From Candidatus Poribacteria bacterium (lineage in GTDB: Bacteria > Poribacteria > WGA-4E > WGA-3G): 64,000 bases of DNA. The stretch lies in contig OZ243938.1 in the NCBI GenBank assembly GCA_965214095.1, forward strand, positions 448,001 through 512,000, given 5' to 3'. Position 1 is the stretch's first letter; each line of letters begins with the position of its first letter. Shown here piece after piece: positions 27,808-39,472 of this stretch. Both the position numbers and the translations under genes were made by a program. The notes below the pieces were generated by a model that worked only from the letters and a program-made list of their open reading frames with translations, made no database searches and had not been told where the DNA came from.

Positions 27808-28917
27808 CTATATACCCAAATTCTCAATTGTCTCAATTACATCTTTAACTTGGATTTTTGCCATGCAACCTTCTTCTCCAAATTTACATGAATCACCTTT
27901 GCAAGGAGGACAATCATATTTCTTCTGAATTACATCACATTTCTCACCTACAGGTCCAAACCTTGTCGGATCTCCTGGACCGTAAAGTCCAACCGTTGGT
28001 GTGCCTACAGCAGCAGCAAGATGCATAGGTCCACTATCATTACCGATAAACATACGACTATTCTTTAAAATAGATGCTAACTGTGGGATAGTTGTTTTTC
28101 CTACAATATTAGTGGAATTGTTCTTCATCAAATCTTGTATCTGTGTAACTATCTGGATTTCATCTGGCACACCGACAAACAGAATCTGTGCCTGTTTCTG
28201 GACAATCAACCAATCCGCCAATTCGGCAAATCGTTCTGGTTGCCACCTTTTTATACTAATTGGGGATCCTGGATGAATTGTGATTATAGGAAGTTCACAC
28301 TTTATATCTTGTTCTCCAAGAAATTTGGATGTCCATTCTTCGTTTTCTTCAGATATAGAAAACGTAGTGTTGAGTATAGGTGTTGGAATGCCAACTTGCT
28401 TGAGGACATCCAAATTTCTGCTTGATTCATGTCTGCTGCTAAACTTTTGAAAACCTAACTTATTTGTTATCTGAAGGGAAGCACGACATAAACGTCTTGG
28501 ACTTACCTTTAGGAAAGAAAACCAGATAATACGCCAATCTCCGCGTAGTTCTATTAACAGATCATAATTTTGATGACGCAATTGCTTTAAAAGTTGTCGT
28601 GTCTGACTTAATGATGTAGGCACTTCAGACCTACAAAATGCAGGGGAATTATACTCAATTACCTTATCTACATCGGGATGGTTTTCAAGAATAATACGAC
28701 TCCATTTTCCACAAAGAACGTGAAGTTCAGCATCTGGATATGCCTGTCCAAGATTAGAAAAAGCGGGAGTAGCTAATAGGACATCACCAATATGATCAAG
28801 TTTTACCACAAGTATACGGTTAGGTGAGAAGTCTTTAGACAGCCGTTGACCATACAATACCCACTGCACAAGTGAAGAAGCAATTAGTCTGAGAATTTCA
28901 GCTGCATTCTGAAGCAT
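27808..28917 (-). CDS. Glycosyltransferase family 9 (heptosyltransferase-like)
   Basis: ILVVKLDHIGDVLLATP, HPG...KRW and IGNDSGPMHLAAA motifs. Confidence 0.92.
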   Translation of the reverse strand: MLQNAAEILRLIASSLVQWVLYGQRLSKDFSPNRILVVKLDHIGDVLLATPAFSNLGQAYPDAELHVLCGKWSRIILENHPDVDKVIEYNSPAFCRSEVPTSLSQTRQLLKQLRHQNYDLLIELRGDWRIIWFSFLKVSPRRLCRASLQITNKLGFQKFSSRHESSRNLDVLKQVGIPTPILNTTFSISEENEEWTSKFLGEQDIKCELPIITIHPGSPISIKRWQPERFAELADWLIVQKQAQILFVGVPDEIQIVTQIQDLMKNNSTNIVGKTTIPQLASILKNSRMFIGNDSGPMHLAAAVGTPTVGLYGPGDPTRFGPVGEKCDVIQKKYDCPPCKGDSCKFGEEGCMAKIQVKDVIETIENLGI

Positions 28918-28979
28918 TAATCTTGTCTACTTATCTTTGAAGAGATACACTCCAGTAGAATGTATTCAGATCACTAATC

Positions 28980-29111
28980 CTAGTGGAGCGTCTACATTAA
29001 TCTTGTAGGTCGGGTAGAGGCACGAAACCCGACATGCAGCCATTTATCATCAGTAAAGTCGGGTGTCGTCCCTCTACCCGACCTACAATGTCCGAATGGA
29101 CACTCCACTAG
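28980..29111. mobile_element. MITE with CTAG-bounded terminal inverted repeats carrying a REP doublet (REPIN-like)
   Basis: CTAGTGGAGCGTCT...TGGACACTCCACTAG ends; internal inverted GTAGGTCGGGTAGAG...CTCTACCCGACCTAC. Confidence 0.75.
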
Positions 29112-29131
29112 TTCAGACATCACAACTGTCT

Positions 29132-30286
29132 TTAAGGATCAATCTGCTTATAGAATTGCTTTACTCCATCTGTGATTGTGAAAATCACTGCACTCTTAGT
29201 GGGTTGACGGAGTTCGTTATAGCTTGCAATGTTTGTGGCACCGACATAGTTATCTGTAACAGCGAGTTGATCACGAATTGCTTCTGAGTCCAAACTTCCC
29301 GCTCTCTCTATCGCTTCAAACAACAATTTTACTGCATCGTAACTGACTGCAACACCACCTGTCGGTGTGGATCCATAGATAGATTCATAAGTATCAACAA
29401 AAGCGCGTGCATTGGGTTCATCAGTATCCGGTGAAAAGTGTCCACTGAAGTAACTTCCTTCAATCTCTGCATTTTCATCATCAAATAACAGAATGCTGTC
29501 CCAAGAATCTGCGCCAAGAAATATAGTCGGTTCACCATTAGAATTCTGCATCGGTATTGCACGTGCTTGTTGCGTGATTGATGCAATATCTTGAACAAAG
29601 CCTGCAGTGAAGAGAGCATCTGGTTGCATCTCGGAAATGCGCGTTAGATGGTCTGTAAAGTCTGTAGTGTCTGCTTCATAGAATTCATGTATAGCCACAG
29701 TCCCGCCAAGCATATCAAAGTTTGTAGCAAAAAACTCTGAAATACCCTCAGTGTAAAGATCCCCTTTACGTGTTATGATCGCAGCAGTAGTAATACCGAG
29801 TTCCATTTTCGCAAATTGTGCCATGACTGCCCCTTGAAAACTGTCTGTGAAGGATGCCATGAAAACAAAATCACCCGCTTGTGTAACAGCAGGATTGGTA
29901 GCAGTTGTCGTCACCATCGGTATCCGATGTTTCTGTGCAACCGGTCCTACGACAGCAGCATGTGAAGATCGATTTGGACCAATCAGTGCAACGATACCGT
30001 CTTCAACAATTAATTCTTCCGCGAGTTGGACAGAATCATCCAGCACCGCCTCTGTGTTAATATGACCTATCAGTTCAACAGGCATGCCAAAAAGTCCACC
30101 TTGCTGATTGATTTCTGTTACAGCCATCTCTGCACCATTTGGATAAGTCACACGTTGACCAGCAACAATAAAACCTATTTTTATAGTCGGTTCAGGTTTA
30201 GGAGTCAGAACCCTTTTTACGTTATCACAACTCAAGGATGAAAATACGATTACACATAAAAACAATATTGTAAACAACTTCTGCAT
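29132..30286 (-). CDS. ABC transporter substrate-binding protein (LivJ/branched-chain amino acid family), lipoprotein
   Basis: SLSC lipobox, GAEMAV.EIN..GG..G, DSFQG and YDAV.LL..AIERAGS motifs. Confidence 0.88.
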   Translation of the reverse strand: MQKLFTILFLCVIVFSSLSCDNVKRVLTPKPEPTIKIGFIVAGQRVTYPNGAEMAVTEINQQGGLFGMPVELIGHINTEAVLDDSVQLAEELIVEDGIVALIGPNRSSHAAVVGPVAQKHRIPMVTTTATNPAVTQAGDFVFMASFTDSFQGAVMAQFAKMELGITTAAIITRKGDLYTEGISEFFATNFDMLGGTVAIHEFYEADTTDFTDHLTRISEMQPDALFTAGFVQDIASITQQARAIPMQNSNGEPTIFLGADSWDSILLFDDENAEIEGSYFSGHFSPDTDEPNARAFVDTYESIYGSTPTGGVAVSYDAVKLLFEAIERAGSLDSEAIRDQLAVTDNYVGATNIASYNELRQPTKSAVIFTITDGVKQFYKQIDP

Positions 30287-30506
30287 ATTTAGTTCCTTTC
30301 AAATTGAAAAGTCAACTTTCAAAAAAATCCTTTTCTTTGTATCAAAATTCTGTTAAAATTAAATAACGTTTTCTGACAGTGTTCCTCCACTATTTACGAA
30401 CATAGTTTATTTGGAGGATAACTTCAGTGAATATACTTTAATTTATATCATTAAATGAATGAGATAAGCAAGTTATTTCTTAGTTTGTTGGATTGAATCA
30501 GAATCT

Positions 30507-31241
30507 ATGGAAACCATAATCACAGTGATAGGACGAGGACATTCTGGCACGCGTGCCATTTCACATACATTGTATGCAAGCGGGGTCTATATGGGAAGTC
30601 AACTGAATCCATCTGGAGATAAGATCCCACCTTTTGCTATGTACGACGCATGTAGAGTCATGGCAAAACACGTCAAATGGAAAGGAGGATTATCTTGGAA
30701 TTTCGATCCACTTTTCACAATGTCCATTGACCTCGAATTTGAGGAACTCATCAACACATATCTTAAGGATGTGTTACAGGACAAATCAGCATACAAAGGA
30801 TGGAAGATACCAGAGACAACACTTGTATACCCTTGGATAACAAGAATGTTTCCTGATATAAAATATATTCATTGGATTCGGGATCCAAGAGATTGTATAT
30901 TGGGTAGTCACAAAACAGATAATCTACGTGACTTTGGTATAGAGTATGAACATACTGATGATATCTACGAAAGACGCGCAATATCTTGGTACTATCAATA
31001 CCAGTTGATGAAAGCTACACCAAAACCGAAACATATTATTCAAATCCGCTTTGAAGATTTTGTGTTAAAGCAAGAGGAAACACTTAAAAAATTAGAAGAA
31101 TTTTTAGATATGCCGTTAGGGCGGATAATTGTCCGTCCAGAGGCGGTTGAACGTTGGAAACGGGTGGACCGACCTTGTGAATTACCATTCGGTTTTTTAC
31201 AAGAAGCAATCGTTGAAAATGGATATTCACTAACATTATAG
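30507..31241 (+). CDS. Sulfotransferase family protein
   Basis: IGRGHSGTR PAPS-binding loop, GWK.P, IRDPRD and IRFED motifs. Confidence 0.85.
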   Translation: METIITVIGRGHSGTRAISHTLYASGVYMGSQLNPSGDKIPPFAMYDACRVMAKHVKWKGGLSWNFDPLFTMSIDLEFEELINTYLKDVLQDKSAYKGWKIPETTLVYPWITRMFPDIKYIHWIRDPRDCILGSHKTDNLRDFGIEYEHTDDIYERRAISWYYQYQLMKATPKPKHIIQIRFEDFVLKQEETLKKLEEFLDMPLGRIIVRPEAVERWKRVDRPCELPFGFLQEAIVENGYSLTL

Positions 31242-31270
31242 TCCCATATACCATAAAGAGAGGAATACTT

Positions 31271-32293
31271 ATGCCAAAAAATGGAATATACCAAGTTGGA
31301 CTTGTTGGAACTGGCGGAATTGCCCGCGCACATGGCGGCGCCTGTCAACATGCACCAAGTGCTGAATTGGCTGCTATCTGTGATGTCTCTGAAGGTGCAG
31401 TAAAAGGGTTCGGTGAGCAGTTTGATGTACCTGAAGAAAAACGTTATACCGATATGGATGAGATGTTGGAAAAAGAGGATTTGGATATTGCTGTAATATG
31501 TACGTGGGGGGCTTTTCATGCTGAAGTTGGAATTCAAATCTCAAAGTCACGTCAAGTGAAAGCTATTCTATGTGAGAAACCTTTCACATCCACATCTGAA
31601 GAAGCAGAGGCATTCGTTGGGGCAGCACAAGACAACGGAATCCTCGTAGCAGAAGCGTTTAAGTTCCGGCACCATCCGATGCATATCAAAGCAAAAGAAT
31701 TAGTCGATTCAGGTGCAATCGGTGAATTTATGACACTCCGCAGCACCTTTTGTACCGGTGGTGGTGGCGGTGGTCCTGACACTCGTAAACCAGAAGCAAA
31801 TTGGCGGTTCAACAAAGCTAAGGGTGGTGGTAGTATATATGATTTGGCATGTTACAATATACACCATGCTCGGTTCATGTTCGGGGCAGAACCGATTCGC
31901 GTGTCAGGAGCATCTCAAGCAGGAATGGAAGTGGATGATGCTTCCTATCTACTCTTAGTGTTCCCTGATGAGAAAACTGCTCAGATTTCTACAGGTTTCA
32001 ATTGTGCGGGTGGTCAATACGCTGAAATGACAGGACTCGGCGGTATGCTACGAATTGATGCCGCATGGAACAATGGCGGTTCTCCTGTTAGTATTGTCCT
32101 ACAGAACAGAGAAGGTCATCAAGTGATAGATATTGAGCCTGTTAATCAGTTTGCAATGCAGCTTGAACATATGTGCGAATGTTTGAAAACTGGACAGCCG
32201 CACCGAATTTCACCAGAAAGTTGCATCAATCAGATGCGTGTGATTGACGCAGCATTTGAAGCAATGGCTACCGGTAGAACGGTGGAATTATGA
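31271..32293 (+). CDS. Gfo/Idh/MocA oxidoreductase
   Basis: VGTGGIA, CEKP, EAF.FRHHP and GGGSIYD motifs. Confidence 0.9.
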   Translation: MPKNGIYQVGLVGTGGIARAHGGACQHAPSAELAAICDVSEGAVKGFGEQFDVPEEKRYTDMDEMLEKEDLDIAVICTWGAFHAEVGIQISKSRQVKAILCEKPFTSTSEEAEAFVGAAQDNGILVAEAFKFRHHPMHIKAKELVDSGAIGEFMTLRSTFCTGGGGGGPDTRKPEANWRFNKAKGGGSIYDLACYNIHHARFMFGAEPIRVSGASQAGMEVDDASYLLLVFPDEKTAQISTGFNCAGGQYAEMTGLGGMLRIDAAWNNGGSPVSIVLQNREGHQVIDIEPVNQFAMQLEHMCECLKTGQPHRISPESCINQMRVIDAAFEAMATGRTVEL

Positions 32294-32422
32294 TAACAGG
32301 TTTAATTTGAGAATCTTACCATTATGTAGGAGGGGTTTCTAACACCGATTCACAACTTAGGTCTTACAGAATCGTGTTGACACACCCCTCCAACAAGTGG
32401 TGATAGATATTTATGGTATATT

Positions 32423-33121
32423 ATGACTAAAACTAATAACACAAAAGTACTTACCTTTGACCTATTTGGTACAATATTAGATTTAGGTGGAAGTCTAATA
32501 CCATTCATCCATGAATCTTTAGATGTCCGTGATATTAAAAAGGTAACTGCTGATGCCTTTTGGAAACAGTGGCGATATAGACAGCGGATTGAACAATATC
32601 AGGATACGCTCTTGATGCTTGGGCATAGTGGATATCTGGAGACGGCGCGGCGCGCACTTCATTGGACACTTAGGCTAAACGGAATTGATACTTCAAATGA
32701 TACTGTTGATGAGTTTATGCATGGATGGCAGCATCTATCACCATTTCCAGAGGTATTACCTGCGCTTGAACGCTTGCAATCTGAATACAAGTTAGTCGTA
32801 TTATCTAACGGAGATCCAGATTTTTTAGATCATCTTGTCATGCAAAGATTAAAATGGGATTTTGACAATGTAATCTCAGTCACATCTGTGGGGGCATTCA
32901 AACCACATCCCGCAGTGTATCGTTGTGCAGCACGTAGGTTAGGTTTTGAAGTGACCGATTGTTTGATGGTATCAGCAAATTCATTTGATGTTATGGGGGC
33001 GCGTTCTTGTGGATATCGTGGCGCGTATGTTAACCGTTACGATTTACCTTATGAGAAAACGCATTTTCAACCCGATGTCACGGTGGACAATTTCACGGAA
33101 TTGGCTGACGCTTTATTATAG
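32423..33121 (+). CDS. Haloacid dehalogenase type II
   Basis: FDLFGTILD, LSNG, FKPHPAVY and VSANSFDV.GA motifs. Confidence 0.9.
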   Translation: MTKTNNTKVLTFDLFGTILDLGGSLIPFIHESLDVRDIKKVTADAFWKQWRYRQRIEQYQDTLLMLGHSGYLETARRALHWTLRLNGIDTSNDTVDEFMHGWQHLSPFPEVLPALERLQSEYKLVVLSNGDPDFLDHLVMQRLKWDFDNVISVTSVGAFKPHPAVYRCAARRLGFEVTDCLMVSANSFDVMGARSCGYRGAYVNRYDLPYEKTHFQPDVTVDNFTELADALL

Positions 33122-33392
33122 ATACCCAAGTTGCCTCCTATTATTTGTTAGAGGGTTGTACCCCAATTTATTTCTGAATCTCGGATTTCCACGGATTACT
33201 CAGATAACACGGATAATTCCCTCTCCCATTTAACGTAGCATCCTCAAAGCGATCAAACTTGAGAAAACCTTTCTCATCCGTGCAAATCCGAGATTTAAAC
33301 AAATCGGGTGACGATAAGAAGGACCTTAAATCAAAATAAACCTGCATGACTTGGTGTATGTAAAGTTCTTGACAAAATATACACAGACATCC

Positions 33393-33444
33393 TGTAGGAG
33401 CGATCTCCGAATCGCGAACTGTCGGGAATCGGAGTTCCCTTACC
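33393..33444. repeat. GTAG-REP doublet
   Basis: GTAGGAGCGATCTCCGAATCGCGA...TCGGGAATCGGAGTTCC, as at 14929. Confidence 0.7.
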
Positions 33445-33498
33445 ATGAATTATGCCGTTAATGCCGAAGACTTTACACCCCCTTGACATATAACAGAT

Positions 33499-33527
33499 TT
33501 GCAATTCGTTACATATTAGAGTATAAT
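33499..33527 (+). promoter_or_regulatory. Sigma70 promoter, probably the original gapA promoter
   Basis: TTGCAA-17 bp-TATAAT, just outside the left end of the TnpB element. Confidence 0.55.
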
Positions 33528-33595
33528 TAACAAGGATTTATACGGTTTTATATCAGTAATATAATTGATTTATGGACTTAATGAAGGGAATTGAC

Positions 33596-34961
33596 TGGCA
33601 ATCCCAAGCATTTATGCTTGGATCCAAAAACGCTTGACATTTAGAGGTATTTTGAGTAATAGTTATAGGACTAGTTCAGTGTGGGAGGTTGTTGACTGCC
33701 ACACACCGCAACAACGGGAATCAGAAACTTATCAAGAACCAATATTATTATGCCATACAAAACCCACAAGATAACATTAGATCCGACTTTTAAGCAGCGT
33801 CGTTGGTTTGCCTCTCAATGTGGCTATGCCCGTTTTGCATATAATCAAGCTTTAGCAGATTTTAGAGCGGGATTAGATCAGGACACCTTTCAATCGTGGC
33901 AGACACTTAACGTCAATTTCAATAAAAGGAAAAAACGTTTTGATTGGACACGTGCTCAAGACCAACGTGCTGCGTTATATGCTATCAACAATCTTGGGCA
34001 AAGTATTGCGAATTGGATTGGCAAACGTGCGAAGTTTCCGAAGTTCAAGAAGCGTGGTTGTCGTCAATCCTATACCACAGATGAGCAATCTGTCCGAGTT
34101 GAAGGCACACGTATTAAGTTGTCTAAAATCGGTTGGATTAAAATGCGTCAAGCGTTACGTTTTGTCGGGAAGTTTATCAAGGTGACTATCTCAAGAACGG
34201 CACATAGATGGTTTGTATCCATCACTGTTGACACAGAGGACACCGAAGTTGTTGATAATTCAACACATCCTGTGATTGGCATTGATGTCGGTATAAGGAC
34301 ATTAGCAACTTGTTCAGATGGCACCAAATATGATAATCCCAGACCCCTCAAACGTTATGAGCGAAAACTTAAACGAGAACAACGCAAGTGGAGTCGCAAA
34401 GTGCGAAAGTCTAAAAACTGGTTTAAGCAGAAATGGAAAGTTGAAAGGGGACATTATCGGATTGCTTGTGTCCGAAACGATGCCCACCACAAAGCAACGA
34501 CTGATATTGTCAATAACGCAAGTGCTATTGGTATAGAAACACTAAAGGTCACCAATATGCTAAAGAACAAGAAACTGGCAAAGGCGTTATCGGATAGTGC
34601 ATTAGGTGGCTTTCTCTCTAAACTCAAGACGAAAGCAGCGGCACGAGGTATTCCTGTAATCGAAGCAGACCAGTTCTTCGCATCGTCAAAAACTTGTAGC
34701 AGTTGTGGACACAAAAAAGAGGACTTGACGTTAAAAGAGAGAACGTATCATTGCAGTCAATGTGGTGTCTCTATAGACAGAGACATCAACGCTGCAATAA
34801 ACCTTAGACCAACTACCGTCGGATAGACGGGAAGTTACGCCTGTGGAGTCCAAATAAGACCTCATGCGGTTCAGGAGGGAGGCACGAGAGACGGAAGCAG
34901 GAATCACATAGGCGAGTCGTGTGCTAAAGAAGCACACGACTTTAGTCGTCGTGAGTATCAA
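33596..34961 (+). mobile_element. IS200/IS605-family (IS1341-type, tnpB-only) element
   Basis: Preceded by TTGAC; left-end hairpin CCAAGCA-TTTA-TGCTTGG; right-end hairpin CGAC-TTTA-GTCG followed by a TCAA end. Confidence 0.8.
33750..34826 (+). CDS. tnpB: RNA-guided endonuclease TnpB
   Basis: HTH, GIDVG, IETL, CSSC/CSQC zinc finger and DRDINAAIN; the RuvC D-E-D triad is intact. Confidence 0.93.
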   Translation: MPYKTHKITLDPTFKQRRWFASQCGYARFAYNQALADFRAGLDQDTFQSWQTLNVNFNKRKKRFDWTRAQDQRAALYAINNLGQSIANWIGKRAKFPKFKKRGCRQSYTTDEQSVRVEGTRIKLSKIGWIKMRQALRFVGKFIKVTISRTAHRWFVSITVDTEDTEVVDNSTHPVIGIDVGIRTLATCSDGTKYDNPRPLKRYERKLKREQRKWSRKVRKSKNWFKQKWKVERGHYRIACVRNDAHHKATTDIVNNASAIGIETLKVTNMLKNKKLAKALSDSALGGFLSKLKTKAAARGIPVIEADQFFASSKTCSSCGHKKEDLTLKERTYHCSQCGVSIDRDINAAINLRPTTVG

Positions 34962-34967
34962 TGATGA

Positions 34968-35986
<1,019 letters not shown>

Positions 35987-35987
<1 letters not shown>

Positions 35988-36754
35988 TGGGAAAGACAAT
36001 GCGAACACCGATAATTGCAGGAAATTGGAAACTCAACAAGACTATTTCAGAAGCAGTTGAACTCACTACAGAATTAAAGGATTTAGTTCCCACAACTAAC
36101 AATGTTGAAATAGTCGTCGCACCACCTTTTACTGCGCTTGATGCAGTGAGCAATGTCATTAAGGACAGCAATATATCACTTGCTGCACAAGATGTCTACT
36201 GGGAAGACAGTGGAGCGTTCACAGGTGAAGTGTCAGTGCCAATGTTGAAGGATGCAGGATGTGATTACATCATCGTAGGACATTCAGAACGACGACAATA
36301 CTTCAATGAGACAAACGAAAAAGTCAACCAAAAAGTAAATGCAGTATTATCACACAACTTGAAACCGATAATCTGTGTCGGTGAACTACTTGAAGAACGT
36401 GAAGCAGGACGTACAGAAATTGTTATAGAGGATCACGTTTCTGGAGCAGTAGAGAACTTAACATCGGATGCGGTGTTGTCTTGTATAATTGCGTATGAAC
36501 CGGTATGGGCAATTGGTACTGGAAAAACTGCAACGCCTGAACAAGCACAAGAAGTACATAACTATATTCGGAATTTATTGAAGGAGACCTATTCTGACGA
36601 GATTGCATCACAAGTACGCATACAATATGGCGGTAGTGTTAAACCTGAAAACGCAGCTGAACTCATGGTACAACCTGATGTAGATGGTGCACTTGTTGGA
36701 GGGGCAAGCCTTCAAGCAGAATCTTTCGCGCAAATCGTAAAAAACGCAATGTAG
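35987..36754 (+). CDS. tpiA: Triosephosphate isomerase
   Basis: AGNWK, GHSERR, AYEPVWAIGTG and YGGSV motifs. Confidence 0.97.
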
Positions 36755-36796
36755 TCTAACTAAATAGCATTTAATGAAATTAGAGAGGATTATCTA

Positions 36797-37246
36797 ATGG
36801 GTGTTTTTGTAACAATAGCAATTATTGTTTTCGTTCCAGTCTGTATCGTATTAACTTTGATCATTCTTTTACAAGACAGCAAGGGTGAAGGACTTTCATC
36901 AAGTGCTTTCGGTGGAGCAGAAATGCAGTCTGTCCTTGGTGGACACGGTGCTGCATCATTTCTGAGTAAGCTTACAACTTGGGTAGCTGTCGGTTTTATG
37001 GTAATATCACTTTTCTTAATGAAATTTTACGGTGAATCTGGCACAAATGCGCTTACACCACTCAACGAAGAAGCGGAACAGCAACAAGAAGCTGCAGATA
37101 CCGGAGATGCCGTAGATATTGTAACAGATGATGAAAATCCTAAAGGGGCAATTAAAGTAAAACAGGATGATACGGAACAACCAGCAGAAGAAACTACGGC
37201 TGAAGATACAAAAGCAACAATTGAAGATACACCCGGTGATGAGTAA
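36797..37246 (+). CDS. secG: Preprotein translocase SecG with an acidic C-terminal tail
   Basis: ILLQ.SKG.GL..AFGG, two TM helices, conserved position after tpiA. Confidence 0.9.
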   Translation: MGVFVTIAIIVFVPVCIVLTLIILLQDSKGEGLSSSAFGGAEMQSVLGGHGAASFLSKLTTWVAVGFMVISLFLMKFYGESGTNALTPLNEEAEQQQEAADTGDAVDIVTDDENPKGAIKVKQDDTEQPAEETTAEDTKATIEDTPGDE

Positions 37247-37263
37247 GTAGGGTATGAAAGCAC

Positions 37264-37740
37264 ATGGTTGTTAATGAAGTTGATTCTGCTACATCTATGT
37301 CTGACCGTTCACACTTTGACGAAATCTCCTGGTGTGTTCACCCTCTTGTTGAAAATTGGAAACGGACAGTGATCTTAGTGGTATTTCTGTCCTCAATCCT
37401 TGTCATACTCTACATCGGATTCCAGTCTATAGTAATTGTCTTTCTATCTGCACTACTGTTAATTGGTCCCCTTTACAAATACTTCTTACCTTTTCATTAC
37501 CATTGCAGACAAGATAAACTCGTCGTCAGTGCGTGTTGCTATAATCTTGAACGTCCGTGGTCTTCGTTCCGAAGTAATTACATCGACAAGAATGGCGTAT
37601 TTCTCAGTCCTTTTGCTAAACCCACTCGTCTTGAAAACTTCCGCGGCATTTACGTAAGATTCGGAAAACACCCACCTGAAGAAATCGTAAACTATATTCA
37701 ACATCAACTTAACTCGGAGTCTAAGGATGAACGAACCTAA
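37264..37740 (+). CDS. Hypothetical membrane protein
   Basis: Two TM helices followed by GVFLSPF..PTRLENFRG. Confidence 0.6.
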   Translation: MVVNEVDSATSMSDRSHFDEISWCVHPLVENWKRTVILVVFLSSILVILYIGFQSIVIVFLSALLLIGPLYKYFLPFHYHCRQDKLVVSACCYNLERPWSSFRSNYIDKNGVFLSPFAKPTRLENFRGIYVRFGKHPPEEIVNYIQHQLNSESKDERT

Positions 37741-38992
37741 TCATATAGAAACATCAAATGAATTAAAAACCGTCGTTTCAGATGTAGTTGATAATCAGAA
37801 AATCTTGGATATTCATACACATCTATTCAGTCCGCCTTTTGGTGAACTTCTGTTATGGGGGATTGATGAACTCCTTACCTACCACTATCTTATAGCAGAA
37901 GTGTTTCGCAAGTCAGATGTATCGTATCCTGCATTTTGGGCAATGACAAAATCAGAACAGGCAGACTTAATTTGGCAGACTCTCTTCATAGAAAACTCAC
38001 CAATCAGTGAAGCATGTCGCGGTGTTGTTACTACTTTAAACGAATTAGGTTTGGATGTCAGTTCACGCAACCTCAATGACTATCGTACATATTTTGCTGA
38101 TACGTCTGAAGAGAACTTCATTGACACAGTGTTCGAAAGTTCCAATGTATCAAAAGTTGTCATGACAAATGATCCTTTTGACCCTTTGGAAGCACCAGTG
38201 TGGGACTCAGGTGACGTTGGTGATACACGATTTGAAGCTGCACTACGGATGGATGTGCTTATCAACAGTTATCAAGAAACTGCTTATGAGCATCTCCGAG
38301 GACTCGGTTATGATGTGGATCCGAATCTTTCAACAGAGAAAGGCTATAAAGAAGTTAGAAGGTTCTTAGAGATGTGGATCCAGCGGATGAATCCAAAATA
38401 CATGGCTGTCTCACTACCTCCAGATTTTCAATATCCGAATTACGGTGTACTGGGTCGTCTGTTTGATAATTGCATATTACCTATCTCGCGTGAATTCAAT
38501 GTACCATTTGCCTTGATGATCGGTGTCAAAAGAGCAGTAAACCCTGAACTCCGAATGGCAGGTGATGGTACGGGTAAAGCGGATCTCACAAGCTTGGAAA
38601 ATCTTCTTAGAGAAAATCAAGAGAATAAATTTCTTGTAACGCTCTTATCGCGAGAAAACCAACATGAACTATGTGTCATCGGACGCAAATTCAAAAACTT
38701 GATGATATTCGGCTGTTGGTGGTTTATGAACAATCCCAGTATTATTGAGGAGATAACTCGTGAGAGGATAGAGTTGCTCGGTCTGAGTATGATTCCGCAA
38801 CATTCGGACGCAAGAATATTAGATCAACTGGTTTACAAATGGAAACACTCGCGTAAGATCATTGCAGATGTCTTGGTAGAAAAATATCAATCTCTGATAG
38901 ACGTTGGTTGGACTCTTTCAACTTCAGAAATAGAACGTGATGTCAACAACCTATTTGGTGGTAACTTTGAACGGTTTCTGAATGAGAGTTAA
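37727..38992 (+). CDS. uxaC: Uronate (glucuronate) isomerase, amidohydrolase superfamily
   Basis: DIHTHL, LLTYHYL, FGCWWF and QHSDAR motifs. Confidence 0.85.
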   Translation: MNEPNHIETSNELKTVVSDVVDNQKILDIHTHLFSPPFGELLLWGIDELLTYHYLIAEVFRKSDVSYPAFWAMTKSEQADLIWQTLFIENSPISEACRGVVTTLNELGLDVSSRNLNDYRTYFADTSEENFIDTVFESSNVSKVVMTNDPFDPLEAPVWDSGDVGDTRFEAALRMDVLINSYQETAYEHLRGLGYDVDPNLSTEKGYKEVRRFLEMWIQRMNPKYMAVSLPPDFQYPNYGVLGRLFDNCILPISREFNVPFALMIGVKRAVNPELRMAGDGTGKADLTSLENLLRENQENKFLVTLLSRENQHELCVIGRKFKNLMIFGCWWFMNNPSIIEEITRERIELLGLSMIPQHSDARILDQLVYKWKHSRKIIADVLVEKYQSLIDVGWTLSTSEIERDVNNLFGGNFERFLNES

Positions 38993-39043
38993 TAGTGAGT
39001 CATCTCCCTCACGATCTTGGAAAAAACAATACAACATCTATAA

Positions 39044-39328
39044 TTAACAACTACACGGTGTGGCATGGCATTTAGGACATCCTTCAGCATAAATTTCTGC
39101 AGCATCCTCAAGTGAAATGCCGAGAAGGCTTGCTAAGGTAGATAACCAAGCGAAAACATCAGCAAACTCTTCGCGTAATCGATCCATATCTTGCGGTTCT
39201 TTACGAATCTCCTTTGCTAATTCACCTACCTCTTCTACGAACCATGTGAATGTTAATGGAACACCTCGTTCAGCATCTTTTTTGAAATAGATTGCTTCAA
39301 TCTGTTGTTGAAATTTTTGAATTGTCAT
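39044..39328 (-). CDS. MazG-like nucleotide pyrophosphohydrolase
   Basis: EEVGEL, EEFADV and C-terminal CPKC...PCSC motifs. Confidence 0.88.
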   Translation of the reverse strand: MTIQKFQQQIEAIYFKKDAERGVPLTFTWFVEEVGELAKEIRKEPQDMDRLREEFADVFAWLSTLASLLGISLEDAAEIYAEGCPKCHATPCSC

Positions 39329-39472
39329 AACTCTCCTTTTTCAGTATAATAACCTAATCGGTTTTTGATTGTCAATTTAATTGTCTCTACAACATTTTAC
39401 CTGAACTAATAAAAAGTCAGTTGGAATTATTCGCATTCGTTACTATTATTCTTTGTCAAGGAAACACACTTC

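Noticed and set aside
30382-30420. Riboswitch upstream of the ABC substrate-binding gene
   Set aside because: Only a simple CCTCCA/TGGAGG hairpin, with no aptamer consensus recognised.
33168-33446. 92-aa minus-strand ORF
   Set aside because: Made of REP and CACGGAT-type repeat sequence.
33596-34961. IStron or nuclease-dead TldR/Cas12 effector
   Set aside because: No group I intron-sized leader, intact RuvC D-E-D residues, and no CRISPR array.
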